Assembly (NCBI GenBank): GCA_030639705.1
Contig: DAOWKX010000008.1
Coordinates: forward strand, 1-34,033
Reading direction: 5' to 3'
DNA length: 34,033 nt
From: Candidatus Aminicenantes bacterium
GTDB lineage: Bacteria; Acidobacteriota; Aminicenantia; UBA2199
In this document: one piece after another, positions 22,955-32,655 of the stretch
Position numbering within the stretch: the stretch's first letter is position 1
Layout of the letters: each line of letters opens with the position of its first letter
Translations under genes and position numbers: made by a program
Notes under the pieces: generated by a model
Told to the model about the DNA's origin: nothing
Database searches by the model: none
What the model saw: only the letters and a program-made list of their open reading frames with translations

Positions 22955-23554
22955 GTGTATAAAATCTTGTTTATTGCCTTAATAGGTATCTTAGTGTATT
23001 CCTGCGATTCCGATGAAGGGGTTCGCAGTTATGTGGAAGAAATTTCCTCCGCTGATCAAAAAGTTCCGGCTCCGGAGAAAGAAATGAGTTCAGAAGCTTC
23101 TGTCCTGGAATGGGTAGCACCAGAAGAATGGGTAGAAAAAAAAGGTTCGGGGATTCGATTAACCACTTTTATCATTGAACCCGGAGAAAACAAGGGAATC
23201 TGCACAGTGGTGGGGTTAAATGGGGATGGCGGTGGGATTCAGGCCAATATTCAAAGGTGGATGGGTCAACTCAATCTCTTATCCAGCTCCATTGATGATA
23301 TAATTGGTTTTATATCGAAACAGAAAAAATTTAAAACGTCTGGAGGATTCCCCGCACGTTTTATTGATTTCACTTCACTGAGTGATTTCCCGGATGAGAT
23401 GTCTATGCTGGTGTCAATTATCACCCTTCCGAAGGAAACGATTTTTATCAAGGTGATGGAAAAGAAGGTGTTCCTGTTACAAAACAGAAAGGATTTTTTC
23501 TCTTTCAGTAAATCTTTTAAATTTGGTTCCCAGCAGGATTTCAATCGGAAATGA
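22955..23554 (+). CDS. Lipoprotein of unknown function
   Basis: 199 aa with a GTG start and a lipobox LVYS-C after a hydrophobic segment. I recognise no catalytic motif. Its stop overlaps the ccsB start. Confidence 0.6.
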   Translation: MYKILFIALIGILVYSCDSDEGVRSYVEEISSADQKVPAPEKEMSSEASVLEWVAPEEWVEKKGSGIRLTTFIIEPGENKGICTVVGLNGDGGGIQANIQRWMGQLNLLSSSIDDIIGFISKQKKFKTSGGFPARFIDFTSLSDFPDEMSMLVSIITLPKETIFIKVMEKKVFLLQNRKDFFSFSKSFKFGSQQDFNRK

Positions 23555-24669
23555 AAAAACACTCCATTATTAAATTACTTACTTCAACAAGATTAACAGT
23601 CATTTGTCTGGTTTTATTGATCATAGTGGTGATATGGGGTACGGTCTATCAGGTGGAAAATGGGCTCTACCAGGCGCAGCAAAAATTTTTTTATTCCTGG
23701 TTTGTCTTTTTATTTGGATTTTTTCCCATCCCGGGCACTGTTCTTATTTTCTGGGTTTTATTTTTAAATGTTTTCAGTTCAATCTTATTCAGAATTCCGT
23801 TCAAATTTTCCAATCTGGGGAATATTCTTATCCATGTGGGTATTATGATTTTTTTTATTGGCAGTTTTTTTACCTATTATTATTCACAGGAATCCGTTAT
23901 CAGTCTGAAGGAGGAACAGGAAAAGAATTTTTCAGTTTCCAGTCTTGATTGGGAATTAGCGATTTGGCATGACCAAAAGGAGAAAAAAGTTGTTTATGCT
24001 GTCGATACGAATCGCCTGGCCTCTGATGATCGTATTAAATTTGACCAGTTGGATATGGAAATTCAAGTACACCAATATTATAAAAATTGTATTGCTTATG
24101 TCAAAACAAAAAATATGGATAAGGTTGATATTATCAATTCCTCAGGAATTCAGCAATTAGAACCCAAGACTGAAAAAAGAGAGCACTCTAAGAACATGGC
24201 TGGTATGGTTTTTTCAATTCTTCCCTTCGACAAGAATTCGAAGCAGGTCCTGCTTTACGGGGCTGATAAAAATTCAACTCCAATTCTGAGGGGGGGGAAA
24301 AACTATTATTTTTCACTTCGAAAAAAAAGATTTATATTACCCTTTTCACTTCGACTTATTGATTTTAAAAGAACTTTTCATCCGGGTTCAAATATTGTCC
24401 GAAGTTATGATAGCAAAGTAGAAGTTCGAATTAAAGAGCTTGTACGGGAAGTGATTATTTCAATGAATAAGCCACTGAGGTATAAGAATTTTACCTTGTA
24501 TCAATCTTCATATTTCATTGCCGATGATGGAACCGAATATACTTTTTTAGCAGTGGTGAAAAATTTCGGGAAATTGTTCCCCTATATTTCGAGTATCATT
24601 ATTTTCATGGGATTGTGTATCCATTTTCTGTTAAGGTTAATTAAAAAGAAAAAAAACCTAAGGGAATAA
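23551..24669 (+). CDS. ccsB: System II cytochrome c biogenesis protein CcsB/ResB
   Basis: 372 aa with the ResB-type N-terminus (TRLTVICLVLLIIVVIWGTV), the conserved TM His (ILIHVGI), a large periplasmic loop, and the C-terminal MNKPLRYKNFTLYQSSY motif. Confidence 0.85.
   Translation: MKKHSIIKLLTSTRLTVICLVLLIIVVIWGTVYQVENGLYQAQQKFFYSWFVFLFGFFPIPGTVLIFWVLFLNVFSSILFRIPFKFSNLGNILIHVGIMIFFIGSFFTYYYSQESVISLKEEQEKNFSVSSLDWELAIWHDQKEKKVVYAVDTNRLASDDRIKFDQLDMEIQVHQYYKNCIAYVKTKNMDKVDIINSSGIQQLEPKTEKREHSKNMAGMVFSILPFDKNSKQVLLYGADKNSTPILRGGKNYYFSLRKKRFILPFSLRLIDFKRTFHPGSNIVRSYDSKVEVRIKELVREVIISMNKPLRYKNFTLYQSSYFIADDGTEYTFLAVVKNFGKLFPYISSIIIFMGLCIHFLLRLIKKKKNLRE
24290..24297. repeat. G8 homopolymer inside ccsB
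   Basis: ctgaGGGGGGGGaaaaac read directly from the sequence; in frame as L-R-G-G-K-N. Confidence 0.95.
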
Positions 24670-24676
24670 TTGACTA

Positions 24677-26566
24677 TTGATGAATGGCATAAAAAAGATA
24701 TTATTCTTATCTTATTTAGTTGGGCTTTGCATTTCAATAGGTTATGCAAATTCCAGTGAAGTTAAAAAAGCGATATCCTCATTAGAAAATTTTAGAAGGA
24801 TAATCATTCTGGAAAATGGAAGGAAAAAACCCCTGGACACCTATGCTCAAAATATATTAAAACAATTTTCAGGAAAGAGTAAATTTAAAAGAGAGCCGGC
24901 TATTATTTGGTTTTCAAGGGTGTTGTTCACTCCCAACCAGTCCTTTAATGACCGAATCTTTTTAGTCAATCATCCGGAAGTACTCAATTCACTGGGAATC
25001 GAAATCGCCGATGATAGAGATCGATACAGTTTCACCCAGTTAGGAAAGATTTTTCCCCGGTTAAGCAAGCTTGCGTTTTCTGCCTCAAAATTGAAGGATG
25101 ATGAGAGAACTGTTGTAGAAAATGAGATTATTATTCTTTTTAATAAACTATACCTTTATCAGCAATTGAGTGGGAGTCTACAGTTTGCCATTCCCCATGA
25201 AGATTTTACCTTTACAAACAACGAGATCAAAAAAGCATTCAATCTTCCGGAGAGTAAAAACGTGTTTTGCTTTCTGGACTTGGTGAAGCGTATTTCCATA
25301 TTAGAGCAACTCAAAAATGAAATCCTTCTGAAGGATATTGATCAAAGATCTGAGGTTGAAAAGGAAATCATAAACACGATGAATAAAATTCAACAACGCA
25401 TGGATTCCATTCAGCCCCTTCCCTTAACCATTATACATGACCCGGAAAATCATTCGGAAAATTGGATTAGTCCCGGTGAGTCCCTTTATAGAAGTTACCG
25501 TCTTCATAAACCGATAAACAGAGAAATATATTTACTGGGTGATATGGTAAGTGCTTTTATTAATGGCCATCAGAACCGGTTTGATCATTCTCTGGAGTCT
25601 TTTAATGAATTTATATTGGATCAATTGAAGAGTAAAACAACAGATAAGAAGATTTCTGCGGAAATTCTTTATAATCAAATCGATCCTTTTCATAAATCGG
25701 AATTTTTCTATGGTTTTTCACTGTTTTTCATTCTGCTCTCTTTGTTGGTTTTAAGAAAATGGTTATATGGAATCAGCTTTTTTTTATTATTATTGGGCGT
25801 TTTATTTCATAGCTACGGGATGATTTCCCGAATGATGATTATGTCACGGCCTCCCGTGACCAATCTGTATGAAACCTTTATTTTTACCGGGTGGATGACG
25901 GTCATACTGGGGATCATTCTGGAATTTTTCAAGAAGAAAAATATTGGTATTTTAACCGGGAGTACTTCCGGTATTATCATGCTTCTAATTGCCGGCAAGT
26001 ATGCTCTGGAAGGCGATACCATGGGAATGTTAGTGGCGGTTTTGGATTCGAATTTCTGGCTATCCACCCATGTGATTACCATAACCATTGGTTTTGCCGG
26101 TATTGTGATATCCGGTATTATCGGACATGTTTTTGTGTTTCAGACATTATTTATTCCGGAAAATAGAATTGTTTTAAAAAACACATTCCAATCCATTTAT
26201 GCCACTCAGGCTTTTGGATTGATTTTTACCTTTCTGGGAACCGTAATGGGAGGAATGTGGGCGGATCAATCGTGGGGACGTTTCTGGGGCTGGGACCCCA
26301 AGGAAAACGGGGCACTGGTTGTGGTTTTATGGTCCGTTATCCTGTTTCATGCCCGGTTATCAAAATGGATTAAAGAGGTTGGTTTTGCCTTGGGAAGCAT
26401 TGTGGGAATCATTACCATTGCCCTGGCCTGGTTTGGAATCAATCTCCTGGGTGTTGGCCTTCATTCCTACGGATTTACCTCGGGTATTGCCCTGGTCCTG
26501 ATTGTTTTCATCATCATAGAATTTATATTTGTGTTGGCCAGCGGGGTATATTTGACGAGATTATGA
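24677..26566 (+). CDS. ccsA: System II cytochrome c biogenesis protein CcsA/ResC, long form with a ~340-aa N-terminal periplasmic extension
   Basis: 629 aa. The C-terminal half is polytopic and carries the WWD haem-handling motif WGRFWGWDPKENGAL and a conserved His. The N-terminus has a signal/anchor plus a soluble region containing GRKKPLDTYAQ. The track start is TTG 24677; ATG 24680 is equally possible. Confidence 0.85.
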   Translation: MMNGIKKILFLSYLVGLCISIGYANSSEVKKAISSLENFRRIIILENGRKKPLDTYAQNILKQFSGKSKFKREPAIIWFSRVLFTPNQSFNDRIFLVNHPEVLNSLGIEIADDRDRYSFTQLGKIFPRLSKLAFSASKLKDDERTVVENEIIILFNKLYLYQQLSGSLQFAIPHEDFTFTNNEIKKAFNLPESKNVFCFLDLVKRISILEQLKNEILLKDIDQRSEVEKEIINTMNKIQQRMDSIQPLPLTIIHDPENHSENWISPGESLYRSYRLHKPINREIYLLGDMVSAFINGHQNRFDHSLESFNEFILDQLKSKTTDKKISAEILYNQIDPFHKSEFFYGFSLFFILLSLLVLRKWLYGISFFLLLLGVLFHSYGMISRMMIMSRPPVTNLYETFIFTGWMTVILGIILEFFKKKNIGILTGSTSGIIMLLIAGKYALEGDTMGMLVAVLDSNFWLSTHVITITIGFAGIVISGIIGHVFVFQTLFIPENRIVLKNTFQSIYATQAFGLIFTFLGTVMGGMWADQSWGRFWGWDPKENGALVVVLWSVILFHARLSKWIKEVGFALGSIVGIITIALAWFGINLLGVGLHSYGFTSGIALVLIVFIIIEFIFVLASGVYLTRL

Positions 26567-26570
26567 AAAT

Positions 26571-29500
26571 TTACTTATTTTTCTCCTGGTATTCCTCCAG
26601 AGTGGGGACGGTAATCGGTTTGATTTTTTGAGCGTTTAATTTCTGGTTGATGGCATCCAGTTCTTTGCTAACCATGGATTGAAATTGAGTGCTGGCTTTT
26701 TGCACTTCTTTTTCGAGTACCTGCATTCTCTGCAACTGTGATTCGGTGGGTTGGCCTCCGTAATTGTTGACCACTCCGTAAAGGTGGACGACTTTCTCAC
26801 GCAGCTGTTCTTCACCGGTAATTCCCTGGTCCTTGCGGGTGGCAGCCAGCTTTTTATACATGCTGTCCAGTTTCCGGGCCAGTTGTTTCAGTTTCTTTTG
26901 AAGAGACCCTGTTTTTTTTAACTGGTTGGCCCGGTCTTTTGACTGATCCCTGACCTGGATCACACAATATCCGGTATAGGCCAGATCTTCCTGCATATGG
27001 TACAATTTCCATACGGTCTGCTGCTGGACTTTACGGTCTTCGGCTGAGTAGGGATAATCATCACCAAATAGGACTTTCAACTCGGTGGTGTAGGTCTCTT
27101 TTCCCTTGGTCAGTTTGATTTTGTAGGTTCCCTCCGGAATGTGCGGTCCTCTCAGGGCATATCCGGCCAGGCTTCGGGCTGGCGGTACCTTGGGTGGCTT
27201 GAGTCTCAGAAACCAGTATACAATATTTACACCCCGGCGTTTTCCGCCGGGCAGAGTTTTCAACAGTTTTCCTTCCGAATCGAAGATTTCAAGCTTCAAA
27301 TCACCGAACATGTGTCGGCGTTTCAGGTAATAGGGGATCTTTCCGACCAGAAGCGGATTGGATCCGACCCATTCTCCGGATTGAACCTCCCGGTAATCTC
27401 CCCGATAGGTCCGGATACAAACCGGAGAAGTCTCGAACAGGTGTACTTTTTTCTGCAATAATGGCTGGCGGATTTTCCTCAGCAGGGTAATATCATCAAT
27501 GATGTAGATACCCCGCCCGTGGGTTCCGATGATCAGATCGGCCTCCCGGGGATGAATGGCCAGGTCGTGGACAGCCACCGGGGGGAAGTTTCCGGTAAAC
27601 TGGGCCCATTGCTGTCCGCCGTCAATGGAGATGAACAGGCCGGATTCGCTGCCCAGGAACAGCAAATCGGGATTGACCAGGTCATCCCGGATGACCCGGG
27701 TATAACCTTTTATGGAATCGGAGCTGAGGGAAGTCCAGTTTTTTCCCAGGTCAGTGGTTTTATACACATAGGAATTCATGTCGCCGCTGCGGTGTCCGTC
27801 AAACACCACATAAGCAGTATGGGAATCATGGCGGCTGGCTTGAACGCAGCTGCACCAGGTATATCTGGGTAATTCGCTGATATTGGAAATTACATTGTTC
27901 CAGGTTTTTCCGCCGTTACGGGTGACCTGGAGATTGCCATCATCGGTTCCGGCCCAGATGATATCGGAATTCTTCGGAGACACGCTGATGGTATAAATGG
28001 TACAGTGGTTTTCAGCATTGGTATTATCGATGGTAAGTCCTCCGGTCTTTTCCTGCTGTTGTTTCCGGGGATCATTGGTGGTCAGGTCCGGCGATATCCT
28101 CTGCCAGGAATCACCGCGGTCAGTGGAACGGAATAAATACTGGGATCCAACATAGATAGCCTCTTCGGTTACCTGAATGGGGGTATTCCAGTTGAACCGG
28201 AATTTTGGATCTCCGGCTGCCGGGTAAGGCTTGATTTCTTTGCTCTCCCGGGTATCACGATGATTGCGGAAAATATTCCCTCCCTGGTATTCACTGTATA
28301 CAATATTTTTATCCTTGGGATCCACAAAAACGTAAAATCCGTCTCCCCAGCCCACACCGACCCAGTCGCTGTTTTTGATGCCCCCTGGGCTGCGGGAAGG
28401 GCCTGTCCAGGAGCCATTGTCCTGCAATCCCCCGTATACATAATAGGGATCATCCATATCGTAGCTAATCCGGTAAAACTGGCTGACCGGAAGGTTGTTT
28501 AAAAATCGCCAGCCATAACCGCGGCTATAGGAAACATAAACTCCGCCGTCGGTTCCTAAAATCATGTGTTTTGGATTTGAGGGATTGATCCACAGAGCGT
28601 GGAAATCAACATGGGGACCCCCGGTTGATTCAAAGGTTTCGCCGCCGTCCTTACTGATGCCTAGAACAAAACTCGGCTTGTACAGGATTTGGTGGTCCTG
28701 GGGATCGGCAATCAGCAGGTTAAAATAAAAAGGTCTTTCGTTTATGATCGGAGCAGCGGACATTTTTTTCCAGTTTTCACCCATGTCGGTGGAACGGTAC
28801 AGCGCGGTTTTTTTAGATTCAACGATACAAAAAATCGTACCGGGTCTGACCGGTGAAATGGCAATTGAAATTCGGCCCAGGTTTTCCCGGGGCAGTCCTT
28901 TGTGGATCTTTTTCCAGTTCCGGCCCCCGTCAAGAGAACGGTACAAACCGCTTCCGGGACCACCAGAATTGAAAAAATAGGGATATCGGCGGTATTGCCA
29001 CATGGCAGCATAGATGATATTCGGTGCTTTTGGGTTTATGGCCAGGTCTGCACAGCCGGTATTTTTGTCTACGTACAATATTTTTTCCCAGGTTTTCCCG
29101 CCATCTGTGGTTTTGTAGACCCCACGTTCCTCATTGGCATTCCATAAATGACCCATGGCAGCCACATAAACGATATCCGGGTTTTGGGGGTTGATGACGA
29201 TACGGCTGATTCGTTCGGTTTCTTTCAACCCTAAGTTTTTCCAGTTATCACCGCTGTCAGTGGTTTTGTAGATGCCATCCCCGACCGAAACACTATTCCT
29301 GGTCCAGCATTCGCCTGTGCCCACCCAGACGGTCTTGGGATTGCATTGATCGATACAAATGGAACCGATACACTGGTTGTATTTGTCAAAAACCGGTTTG
29401 AATGAAGCCCCGCCATTGATCGATTTCCAAATCCCTCCGCCGGCAGCACCCACATAAATGATATTGGGATTTTCATTAACGGCATCAAGACAGGAAATAC

Positions 29501-29654
29501 GCCCGCTCATGACTGCCGGGCCTATGGCCCTGGCCTTTATGGAACCGAAAATATATTCATCTATTTTAACCGGTTTTTCGTTTTTGGATTCTCCCAATGT
29601 TAAAACTGGAAGAATAAGAAATAGTACCAGAGAAAGAAAGAATAATTTTTTCAT
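26571..29654 (-). CDS. Exported BNR/Asp-box repeat protein (sortilin/VPS10-like beta-propeller) with a C-terminal coiled-coil region
   Basis: 1027 aa with a signal peptide and about 9 Asp-box motifs (TTDSGDNW, TTDGGKTW, SLDGGRNW, STDMGENW, SKDGGETF, STDRGDSW, TRNGGKTW, TTDLGKNW, SIDGGQQW). Confidence 0.8.
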   Translation of the reverse strand: MKKLFFLSLVLFLILPVLTLGESKNEKPVKIDEYIFGSIKARAIGPAVMSGRISCLDAVNENPNIIYVGAAGGGIWKSINGGASFKPVFDKYNQCIGSICIDQCNPKTVWVGTGECWTRNSVSVGDGIYKTTDSGDNWKNLGLKETERISRIVINPQNPDIVYVAAMGHLWNANEERGVYKTTDGGKTWEKILYVDKNTGCADLAINPKAPNIIYAAMWQYRRYPYFFNSGGPGSGLYRSLDGGRNWKKIHKGLPRENLGRISIAISPVRPGTIFCIVESKKTALYRSTDMGENWKKMSAAPIINERPFYFNLLIADPQDHQILYKPSFVLGISKDGGETFESTGGPHVDFHALWINPSNPKHMILGTDGGVYVSYSRGYGWRFLNNLPVSQFYRISYDMDDPYYVYGGLQDNGSWTGPSRSPGGIKNSDWVGVGWGDGFYVFVDPKDKNIVYSEYQGGNIFRNHRDTRESKEIKPYPAAGDPKFRFNWNTPIQVTEEAIYVGSQYLFRSTDRGDSWQRISPDLTTNDPRKQQQEKTGGLTIDNTNAENHCTIYTISVSPKNSDIIWAGTDDGNLQVTRNGGKTWNNVISNISELPRYTWCSCVQASRHDSHTAYVVFDGHRSGDMNSYVYKTTDLGKNWTSLSSDSIKGYTRVIRDDLVNPDLLFLGSESGLFISIDGGQQWAQFTGNFPPVAVHDLAIHPREADLIIGTHGRGIYIIDDITLLRKIRQPLLQKKVHLFETSPVCIRTYRGDYREVQSGEWVGSNPLLVGKIPYYLKRRHMFGDLKLEIFDSEGKLLKTLPGGKRRGVNIVYWFLRLKPPKVPPARSLAGYALRGPHIPEGTYKIKLTKGKETYTTELKVLFGDDYPYSAEDRKVQQQTVWKLYHMQEDLAYTGYCVIQVRDQSKDRANQLKKTGSLQKKLKQLARKLDSMYKKLAATRKDQGITGEEQLREKVVHLYGVVNNYGGQPTESQLQRMQVLEKEVQKASTQFQSMVSKELDAINQKLNAQKIKPITVPTLEEYQEKNK

Positions 29655-29672
29655 GATCAGCCTCCTAAGGTT

Positions 29673-30431
29673 TTATTTTTCTTCTTTTTGTTCAGTGGCT
29701 GTCTCTTTTTTTTCCGGCATGACAAACATATTGTCATCCAGGTCAACGTTTATCTCCACTTTCTCCAGTGTCAACTGTCTGACTGTATTTTCGCCCATTT
29801 TGATTTCTTGGGAATGGGCAATAATCATACCATCCACTTCCTTGAAATCTCCCTGAAAGGTATCTATTTCGAATTCCTGTTCTCCCCGTTTTACCTTGGC
29901 CGTGGTCTTGATGGGGAGAAAGTATTCTGTATCCATATATAAATAGCGAATGTTGCCACTTTTTAATGTCACTTTAATCTTGTAGGTTTCAGTTCCCTGA
30001 ACATCCTCTTTTCCCATTAATTCCACCTGATGACCTTTCTTTTGATAATCCACGAGCGGACCATCAATATCCGCGTCTTCAGCCATCTGTTTTGTCTGGT
30101 CCTCCGGTAGTTTTTGAGGATCCGGATTCCCGCCAAAGGGGTAAATGGCCCAGGCAATGTTACCATCATAAGCTTGGGACATGTCCATTCCCTGGATGGT
30201 GGCGTTTAAACGGAATTTGTTGGGTCGCTTGGTGAATACAACAGCTGGTCCTTCGATACCCTGGGTCATGAACTTAAAGGTCATTTTCATGGTTTTTACG
30301 GATTTTAATTTCTGGTATCCCCCAACTGCCTCAATGTGTTTTTTGATCACATCATCCACTGTTAAATCAGCACTTAAGAGATTCATTGAGATGAAAATCA
30401 ACAAGAATAGATGAAGACTTTTTTTAATCAT
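29673..30431 (-). CDS. Exported LolA-like / outer-membrane lipoprotein-sorting-like protein
   Basis: 252 aa with a signal peptide. The N-terminal TVDDVIKKHIEAVGGYQKLKSVKT pattern matches proteins usually annotated this way. The family call is from memory only. Confidence 0.5.
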   Translation of the reverse strand: MIKKSLHLFLLIFISMNLLSADLTVDDVIKKHIEAVGGYQKLKSVKTMKMTFKFMTQGIEGPAVVFTKRPNKFRLNATIQGMDMSQAYDGNIAWAIYPFGGNPDPQKLPEDQTKQMAEDADIDGPLVDYQKKGHQVELMGKEDVQGTETYKIKVTLKSGNIRYLYMDTEYFLPIKTTAKVKRGEQEFEIDTFQGDFKEVDGMIIAHSQEIKMGENTVRQLTLEKVEINVDLDDNMFVMPEKKETATEQKEEK

Positions 30432-30537
30432 AATTTTCCTCCTTTATGGATAAAAGAATATAAAAAATAATATACGATATGCGAAAAAAAAGGTTTATCC
30501 TGAAGTTTGAGCAGATAAGTTTAGGTAAAGTCAATAT

Positions 30538-31047
30538 TTATCGGCTGGCCTTGATTTTATTTGTTAGATTTTTGATTTCCTCTAGTATGAGTTCAATAAT
30601 ACGGGGAATTTTGCTTTGAACCTCCTCAGATAACTGCATGCTGGTATTGATTTTATTTGGTTCGATCCCGAAGACAATGGTTTCCGGGGTGTTTCCGATG
30701 AGTTCAGATAAATGTATGACTTCCAGAATTCCGATCTGATGGACCGAAGTTTTGAAGAGATCCGGACAACTGGGGGCATCTTTAATATTAAATCGGTATA
30801 TAGATCCTGGTTTGCCGCCCCCTTTCAAAGAATCAACCAGAATCAGGTAATCGGTCTCAATGATAATATTGAGAAGTCCAAAACCTTCGGTTCCCCCTTC
30901 GATGACTTCAATTTCTGGATTGATTTCCCTTTTCTGGATTTCTCTGATAACATGAATACCTACTCCTTCATCAGACAGGAGTTCATTTCCCACTCCCAGG
31001 ATGGTTATTTTAGGGGAGGACATTTTATCATCCCCCTTTTTTTTCAT
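30538..31047 (-). CDS. [NiFe]-hydrogenase maturation endopeptidase (HyaD/HybD/HynC type)
   Basis: 169 aa with ILGVGNELLSDEGVG, IEGGTEG and LVDS motifs. It is downstream of the group 1 large subunit. An alternative start is M9 (31023). Confidence 0.88.
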   Translation of the reverse strand: MKKKGDDKMSSPKITILGVGNELLSDEGVGIHVIREIQKREINPEIEVIEGGTEGFGLLNIIIETDYLILVDSLKGGGKPGSIYRFNIKDAPSCPDLFKTSVHQIGILEVIHLSELIGNTPETIVFGIEPNKINTSMQLSEEVQSKIPRIIELILEEIKNLTNKIKASR

Positions 31048-31091
31048 TTTACCTATAAATCAAAATTGAAATCTTATTCTTCCGATAACCC

Positions 31092-32654
31092 TTATTCAAC
31101 AATAAATTTTTTGATCTCATTGGTTTGTGGATCTATAAGGTGAACCGCACAGGCCAGGCAGGGATCAAATGACCGGATAATCCGTACCACATTTATGGGA
31201 TTATCCGGATCAGGTACCGGCGCTCCGATCAGTGATTCTTCATATTGTCCTCTGATTTTTTTATTACATCTCGGGGATGCATTCCAGGTTGAGGGAACCA
31301 CACACTGGTAATTGTCAATTTTTTTATTTTTTATTGTTATCCAGTGTCCCAGGGAACCGCGCGGAGGCTCATAAAATCCGGCACCGGAGCCATTTTCAGG
31401 TGGCTCCCAGTGTTCGGTATCATGGATCTTGAAGCCCGGTTTTGTCATTTCGGTAAGCAATTGATCGCACCATTTATAACAGGCATCCACAACCAGTTTG
31501 GTTTCCAGAGCTCGGGCGGCATGTCGGGCCACAACACCGGGTTTGACTCCCTGTCCAATCAATTTAAATAGAGTGGGATTCTTGGATATAATTTGCCGGG
31601 CCAGGGGTCCGACTTCCATAGACATACCATCATAGCGCGGGGATTTAATAAAAGAGTAGGCTCTTTTTTTATCCAGGTTGTATATGGTTCGACCATTGGA
31701 GGGATGCAGGGGCTTCCGACCTGAATACCAGGCATGATTGACTGCTTCGGTGATTTTCCTGGCATCAAAAGGTTCCACCACTACGTTGGCAGGGTTCAAT
31801 TTTTTTATCACACCGGCAGGGAATAGAAGATCTTTTTTTGGTGGTTGTTTCTGGAGGGATCCGTAGGATAGATAATTATGATGACCGCCTCCTAGTCCAT
31901 TTTTTGCCAGTGGCAAGAGAGGTCCGGTTCCAAAGGCCAGAACATCCGGTATATACACATGATTCACAAATTTTGCCTGTTCATCCAGCATGGTCCGGAA
32001 TTTTAACACCTGGTTAACGTCCGGAAGCTGCGTAAATCCACCCACCACAATACTCTGGTAATGGGGTTGCCGTCCTCCAAATATGGCTCCCATATTACGG
32101 GCTTTGGCCTGCATAGACAGGGCATCGATGTAATGTTTTACCGCAGTGATTACGGTGTCGGGATCATTCACACAGTATTCATCGGGTTTATAACGGGGAG
32201 TCAGGGGATAGGTGTCTTTGGATTTAACCAGTGCTACGATTTTTTCTTTAAGAGCAATCAGGTCTTTGTCCTTTCCGCTGTATTTGGCAATGGCCATAAT
32301 ATCCAGATAATCCAGAGCTGAAAGGTGGTAAAAATGGAGCGGGTGGTCATAGATATACTGGGCGCCCATCACCAGATTTCTGAGGAGTGTGCCACCGGTT
32401 GGAACTTTAGCACCGAAGGCATCATCCAATGAATATACAGAACACAGTTGATGAACGCTAAAACATACGCCGCAAATCCGGGAGGTAATGTAGGATGCAT
32501 CCCGGGGGTCTTTTCCCTGGAGTAATAATTCTATTCCCCTTGCCATGGTTCCGGAACTCCAGGCATTTTTCACCTTTCCATTTTCGATTTCAACTTCAAT
32601 TTTCAAGTGTCCTTCTATTCTTGTAACTGGATCAACAATAATTCTCTTTCCCAT
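31092..32654 (-). CDS. [NiFe]-hydrogenase large subunit, periplasmic group 1
   Basis: 520 aa with RIEGHLKIEV, RICGVCFSVH, the C-terminal DPCLACAVH, and a 15-aa cleavable tail. It uses Cys rather than Sec, so it is NiFe and not NiFeSe. Confidence 0.9.
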   Translation of the reverse strand: MGKRIIVDPVTRIEGHLKIEVEIENGKVKNAWSSGTMARGIELLLQGKDPRDASYITSRICGVCFSVHQLCSVYSLDDAFGAKVPTGGTLLRNLVMGAQYIYDHPLHFYHLSALDYLDIMAIAKYSGKDKDLIALKEKIVALVKSKDTYPLTPRYKPDEYCVNDPDTVITAVKHYIDALSMQAKARNMGAIFGGRQPHYQSIVVGGFTQLPDVNQVLKFRTMLDEQAKFVNHVYIPDVLAFGTGPLLPLAKNGLGGGHHNYLSYGSLQKQPPKKDLLFPAGVIKKLNPANVVVEPFDARKITEAVNHAWYSGRKPLHPSNGRTIYNLDKKRAYSFIKSPRYDGMSMEVGPLARQIISKNPTLFKLIGQGVKPGVVARHAARALETKLVVDACYKWCDQLLTEMTKPGFKIHDTEHWEPPENGSGAGFYEPPRGSLGHWITIKNKKIDNYQCVVPSTWNASPRCNKKIRGQYEESLIGAPVPDPDNPINVVRIIRSFDPCLACAVHLIDPQTNEIKKFIVE

Positions 32655-32655
32655 T

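Noticed and set aside
31092-32654. Possibility of a [NiFeSe] hydrogenase or selenocysteine recoding here, or in the FdhA-like gene (4696-6732)
   Set aside because: The large subunit C-terminal motif is DPCLACAVH, with Cys. The FdhA-like ORF is continuous with no in-frame TGA at the active-site position.
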